NCBI GenBank assembly: GCA_963832745.1
Contig: CAWHVC010000003.1
Span: 160,001 to 224,000, forward strand
Source of the DNA: Candidatus Bathyarchaeota archaeon
Lineage (GTDB): Archaea; Thermoproteota; Bathyarchaeia; Bathyarchaeales; Bathycorpusculaceae
DNA: 64,000 nt
Direction: 5' to 3'
The notes beneath the pieces are model-generated. The model was not told the origin of the DNA and did no database searches. It was given only the letters and a program-made list of their open reading frames with translations. Made by a program: the position numbers and the translations under genes. Shown here piece after piece: positions 60,387 to 64,000 of this stretch. How positions within the stretch are numbered: position 1 is the stretch's first letter; each line of letters opens with the position of its first letter.

Positions 60387-61401
60387 GTTTCTCAACTATG
60401 GCGTCTGCCATTTCGCTTGTCGTTGCTTTTCCGCCTAAATCGGCTGTCCGGACTTTGCCTTCAACAAGCACAGCAATTACTGTGTCTTCAATCTTTTTGG
60501 CTGCTTCTTTCTCGCCAATGTAATCAAGCATCATTGCGCCAGCCATTATTGTTGCAATTGGGTTTACACGGTTCATGCCTGTGTATTTTGGTGCAGAGCC
60601 GTGGACTGGTTCGAACATGCCGTAGGTTTTGCCGACGTTTGCGCCTGCTGCAAGACCAAGGCTGCCGGTTACTTGTGCTGCTTCGTCGCTAATGATGTCA
60701 CCGAACAAGTTTGTTGTTACCATTACGTCGTAGCTGGCTGGCTGCTTGATTAGTTGCATGGTTGCAGCGTCAATATGTAGGTCGTCAACTGTAACTTCAG
60801 GATATTTCTTTTGAACTTCTTTAACCGCGTCTTTGAAGACACCGTCGGTTACACGTAGTATGTTGCCTTTGTGAATGTAAGTAAGATGCTTTTTTCGTTG
60901 CATTGCCAGTTTAAATGCATACTCGGCAACTTTAGTGGATGCTTCTGTTGTGATGATTCTGAAAGCGACGCTTACGCCAGGTGCAATTAGTGCTTCTTTG
61001 CCTGAGTACATGCCTTCAGTGTTTTCTCTGACCACTACTAGGTCAATGTCTGGCTTGAGGGATTCGACACTTGGGAAGCTTTTGCATGGACGAACGTTAG
61101 CGTATAAGTCAAACATTCGACGCAGGGTTACTGCGACGCTGACTGGTGCTCCGGGTTCTTCGGGAGTGGTCATTGGACCTTTTAGGCATGCGTCGGTTTT
61201 CTTAATCATTTCAACTGTTTCTTTTGGAAGGTTTGTTCCGTGTTCTGGGATGCAGTGTGCGCCTGCTTCTCCGTAGAGGTAGTTAAGTTTAAAGTTTGAA
61301 GTTTTTTGTACGGCGTCAAGAACCTGCAGGGTTGCCTCGGTTACTTCAGGTCCGATTCCGTCGCCTTTTAGGACTGCAATATTGTAAGTTTTAACCATCA
61401 T
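60379..61401 (-). CDS. Isocitrate/isopropylmalate dehydrogenase family
   Basis: GDGIGPEV, RENTEG, NLFGDIISD, EPVHGSAP; substrate not resolved. Confidence 0.9.
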   Translation of the reverse strand: MMVKTYNIAVLKGDGIGPEVTEATLQVLDAVQKTSNFKLNYLYGEAGAHCIPEHGTNLPKETVEMIKKTDACLKGPMTTPEEPGAPVSVAVTLRRMFDLYANVRPCKSFPSVESLKPDIDLVVVRENTEGMYSGKEALIAPGVSVAFRIITTEASTKVAEYAFKLAMQRKKHLTYIHKGNILRVTDGVFKDAVKEVQKKYPEVTVDDLHIDAATMQLIKQPASYDVMVTTNLFGDIISDEAAQVTGSLGLAAGANVGKTYGMFEPVHGSAPKYTGMNRVNPIATIMAGAMMLDYIGEKEAAKKIEDTVIAVLVEGKVRTADLGGKATTSEMADAIVEKLK

Positions 61402-61511
61402 TTTCTACCTGAAGGTTAAGTGTTAATGTTTTCATTTATCAGCATATCGTCTAGACATTTGACTTCTAACGGGCAAAATACACGATTATTCACGAATAAG
61501 GTAAAAGGAGT

Positions 61512-62012
61512 TTAAGGGGTCGGTTCACAATTGGTTAACTGATTGGATATGGCTTTTGAATAGTAGTCAATTGATGGAAAGTGCGGAATAAAATCTGTTG
61601 CTGAAATGCCAATGATTGACATGTATTGAATCCCTGAAACTTTTGAGAGCACTTTTTGCAGTTGAGTTAAATTGTCCATGTCAGAGTAGATACAGTGAAG
61701 CAGCAGGTCATAGTCACCAATCGTATGAACAACCGTTAACACGTTTGTTATTTTAACCAATTCATCATACATTTTTTGAGGTTCTGCACCTGCAAGCGTG
61801 TTAACCAAAAAGAAGACGTGTCCAGTGAAACCGCATTTTTTAAGGTTAACAATCACCGATGCACTATGGATTACACCGTCATTTTTCAGTCTGCTATAGC
61901 GGCGGATCACTGTATCAACGCCTAAATCAAGCGTTTTAGCAATCTTGCTAAAAGGCATTTGTGAATCCTGCATTAACAAACCGATAATTTTCAAGTCAAC
62001 ACAATCCATCAT
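61512..62012 (-). CDS. Lrp/AsnC-family regulator
   Basis: DLKII..DSQMPFSKIA HTH, GDYDL. Confidence 0.88.
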   Translation of the reverse strand: MMDCVDLKIIGLLMQDSQMPFSKIAKTLDLGVDTVIRRYSRLKNDGVIHSASVIVNLKKCGFTGHVFFLVNTLAGAEPQKMYDELVKITNVLTVVHTIGDYDLLLHCIYSDMDNLTQLQKVLSKVSGIQYMSIIGISATDFIPHFPSIDYYSKAISNQLTNCEPTP

Positions 62013-62536
62013 TTACTGCACTCCAAAAGGCCATTCAAAGCAATATTTTGAGGTCTATCTAACGCTTTTTCTACGCTTGTCCAGATGCTTGTGTTAACTT
62101 GGAGAACGGCAGGCTCCGTTTTTATGGCGTCAATTATTTGTTTAAGCGCTTCAGTGTTTTTCAAAAACAGAAACACCACAAGATTGTAGCTGCCTATGCC
62201 GTCTGAACAGAAATCCGCGCCTGGAATACTTTTAATGTGTTTCAAAACGTCGTCGAGTTTTGAAGGAACCACTTTGATGCCTAAAGTTGCTATGCAGCCG
62301 TAACCGAACTTGTTGAGGTTAACCAGAAGAAGCGAACCGGTGATTACGCCGTTTTCTTTAAGCAAGCGTACCCTGTTGCTTATGGTGTTTTTTGAGACGT
62401 TTAACTCTTCGGCAAGGTTGGTGAAGCTTGTTCGTGCATCAATCTGCAGCGCCTTTATTATTTTTAAATCAGTTTCTGTTATCTTAAAAGATGACACCCC
62501 AAGATTAATTTCGATTGTATATAGCTGGTAACCCAT
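62009..62536 (-). CDS. Lrp/AsnC-family regulator
   Basis: DARTSFTNLAEELNVS, GSYNL. Confidence 0.88.
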   Translation of the reverse strand: MGYQLYTIEINLGVSSFKITETDLKIIKALQIDARTSFTNLAEELNVSKNTISNRVRLLKENGVITGSLLLVNLNKFGYGCIATLGIKVVPSKLDDVLKHIKSIPGADFCSDGIGSYNLVVFLFLKNTEALKQIIDAIKTEPAVLQVNTSIWTSVEKALDRPQNIALNGLLECSK

Positions 62537-62602
62537 TATTGGGTTTGTTGTTTAAATAATTTAAGCAAGATACCACAAATCAACCCAGTTAACAAGCGTG
62601 TT

Positions 62603-63304
62603 TTAAGGTTCAATTTTGATTATTTGCGGAATTTTTCCAACTGTACCCACTTTGCCCTGATACAAAATAAACACACCTAACACCCCTGGAATGCTTAAAC
62701 CCCGCTTAAGCCCAGCCTCAATACCCTCGTTAACAGAACCCTTAACCATGTTACCAACCGCTGTAGCAGCCGCATCCGCAAGTCCAGCATCCCTACAGAA
62801 AACCGTTGCAGCCTCAGCATCACCGAAACTGAAAGCATGACTAAACCTGCCAGAGCTTGTCGCGACACCGATTGGAAACTCACTAAGCCTAAATCCAAAA
62901 CGTTTTGACAAGGGTTCATTTCCCGCAGTTAAAGCCACATCAATTGGCCTATCTGAAACCGCCGCGATTTCGCCGCCATCTTCCACAACCGCGACTTTGC
63001 AGTCGGCCTTTTGCATATCCGCTACAGCTAAATCGGCGATTACTCCTGCGACTGCCGCCATGGGACCAACGTCAGCTTTCTGTGCGGCTAAAGCCATCAG
63101 GTTTGCTACAAGCGGCTTATCAGGCGGTGTGATTGGGTCGAAAGTGTAAAAAAATTTTTGATGCTTTTTGATGTAAAGTTCGAGTTCTTGGTAGTTGTGT
63201 ATGATGGATTCTTTGGCGGCGTTGATGCCTTGTTGGGTGTCGCTAACTATGTGGCAGACGCTGTCTTTGTAGGTGTAGTCTTCTTTGAAAAGAGTGTTTG
63301 GCAA
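62603..63304 (-). CDS. UPF0280/ApbE-like protein (COG2122, sulfide assimilation)
   Basis: VGPMAAVAG, EDGGEI, TSSG..HAFSFG, ADAAAT; TTG start 63304. Confidence 0.88.
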   Translation of the reverse strand: MPNTLFKEDYTYKDSVCHIVSDTQQGINAAKESIIHNYQELELYIKKHQKFFYTFDPITPPDKPLVANLMALAAQKADVGPMAAVAGVIADLAVADMQKADCKVAVVEDGGEIAAVSDRPIDVALTAGNEPLSKRFGFRLSEFPIGVATSSGRFSHAFSFGDAEAATVFCRDAGLADAAATAVGNMVKGSVNEGIEAGLKRGLSIPGVLGVFILYQGKVGTVGKIPQIIKIEP

Positions 63305-63305
63305 C

Positions 63306-63746
63306 TTATTTTTCCTGGTGCCCGTTGCCGTTGTGCATGGTTTCAGCATTAGAGTACCTAATCGATTTTATTGCTCTGGCGGGGCACGCGTCAACACAAA
63401 TGCTGCAGGCGCTTCCTACACATTTTTCTTTGTTAAATTGAATAGACAAATCCTCAGCTACATTGATTGCCTGCACAGGGCACAGGGCAACACAGGAGCC
63501 GCAGTTGAAACATTTGTTGCTGTCTACCTCGATAAGTTTAGGCACAGTTACATTAGCGCCTTTCACTCGAAAAGCAGCCACGATTTGGTCAACACTCTCG
63601 TCGGGAACTTCAAGCACTATTTCTCCACCCTTCGAGTTAATGTGTGCCGCTAAAATTGCCAATTGCACTTTGTTTTCCAGTATAACCTGTGAGACTACAG
63701 GTTCGGAAACCAAGTTTTCATTTAACCGAAGGAGAATACGGGCCAT
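63306..63746 (-). CDS. NIL-domain 4Fe-4S ferredoxin (homocysteine biosynthesis partner)
   Basis: NIL N-terminus; CFNCGSCVALCP and C..CSICVDACP. Confidence 0.88.
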   Translation of the reverse strand: MARILLRLNENLVSEPVVSQVILENKVQLAILAAHINSKGGEIVLEVPDESVDQIVAAFRVKGANVTVPKLIEVDSNKCFNCGSCVALCPVQAINVAEDLSIQFNKEKCVGSACSICVDACPARAIKSIRYSNAETMHNGNGHQEK

Positions 63747-63750
63747 AACT

Positions 63751-64000
63751 TTACCGTCCTAACAGTTTAGAAACATCTTCGCTGGTTACTATGCCTAAAA
63801 CTTTATGTTCAGAATCAACTACGGGCAACGCTGAAATATTGTGTTGCGCCATACGTTTTGAAGCGATTTCTAATGGTTCATCTGGTTTGGCAGTAATAAC
63901 TCTATGGGATTCAATGTCGGCAAGCGCCTTTTTGCCTTCAGCCATTGCACGAGTGATATCCCAGGAAGTAACTATTCCGAGAAGTTTACCGTTGGAGTCA
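63751..64000 (-). CDS. C-terminal CBS pair, probably of DUF39-CBS aspartate-semialdehyde sulfurtransferase (truncated by window edge)
   Basis: GIVTSWDI and ISALPVVD CBS motifs; upstream of NIL-ferredoxin and UPF0280. Confidence 0.7.
   Translation of the reverse strand, partial: DSNGKLLGIVTSWDITRAMAEGKKALADIESHRVITAKPDEPLEIASKRMAQHNISALPVVDSEHKVLGIVTSEDVSKLLGR

Noticed and set aside
62603-64000. CBS + NIL-ferredoxin + UPF0280 trio as a novel system
   Set aside because: Matches the described methanogen homocysteine/sulfide assimilation genes (MA1821/MA1822/MA1715 type).

Overview
A 64-kb piece of an archaeal chromosome. The gene set (TFB, Gar1, Alba, L7Ae/S28e/L24e/L40e, Elf1, archease/RtcB, frequent TTG starts) points to a TACK lineage, probably Bathyarchaeia; that assignment is an inference. 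1-12 kb: protein folding, hydrogenase maturation (HypA plus ATPase-type HypB) and a copper/redox cluster. 12-26 kb: an accessory region with surface proteins, pseudogenes, a CxxCH protein with a very small CcsA-like heme lyase, and an intact HTH + terminase-large-subunit pair next to tRNA-Gly(TCC) with no other viral genes. 27-64 kb: mostly housekeeping, including a DapL-type lysine cluster, NAD(P)-type Mtd, AspRS, RPA and the homocysteine trio. Best leads: the orphan terminase module, the mini-CcsA/cytochrome pair, a dispersed intergenic repeat with an exact 17-bp core, and two winged-helix/metal-transporter fusions. All calls come from motif recognition by eye; no database searches were run.
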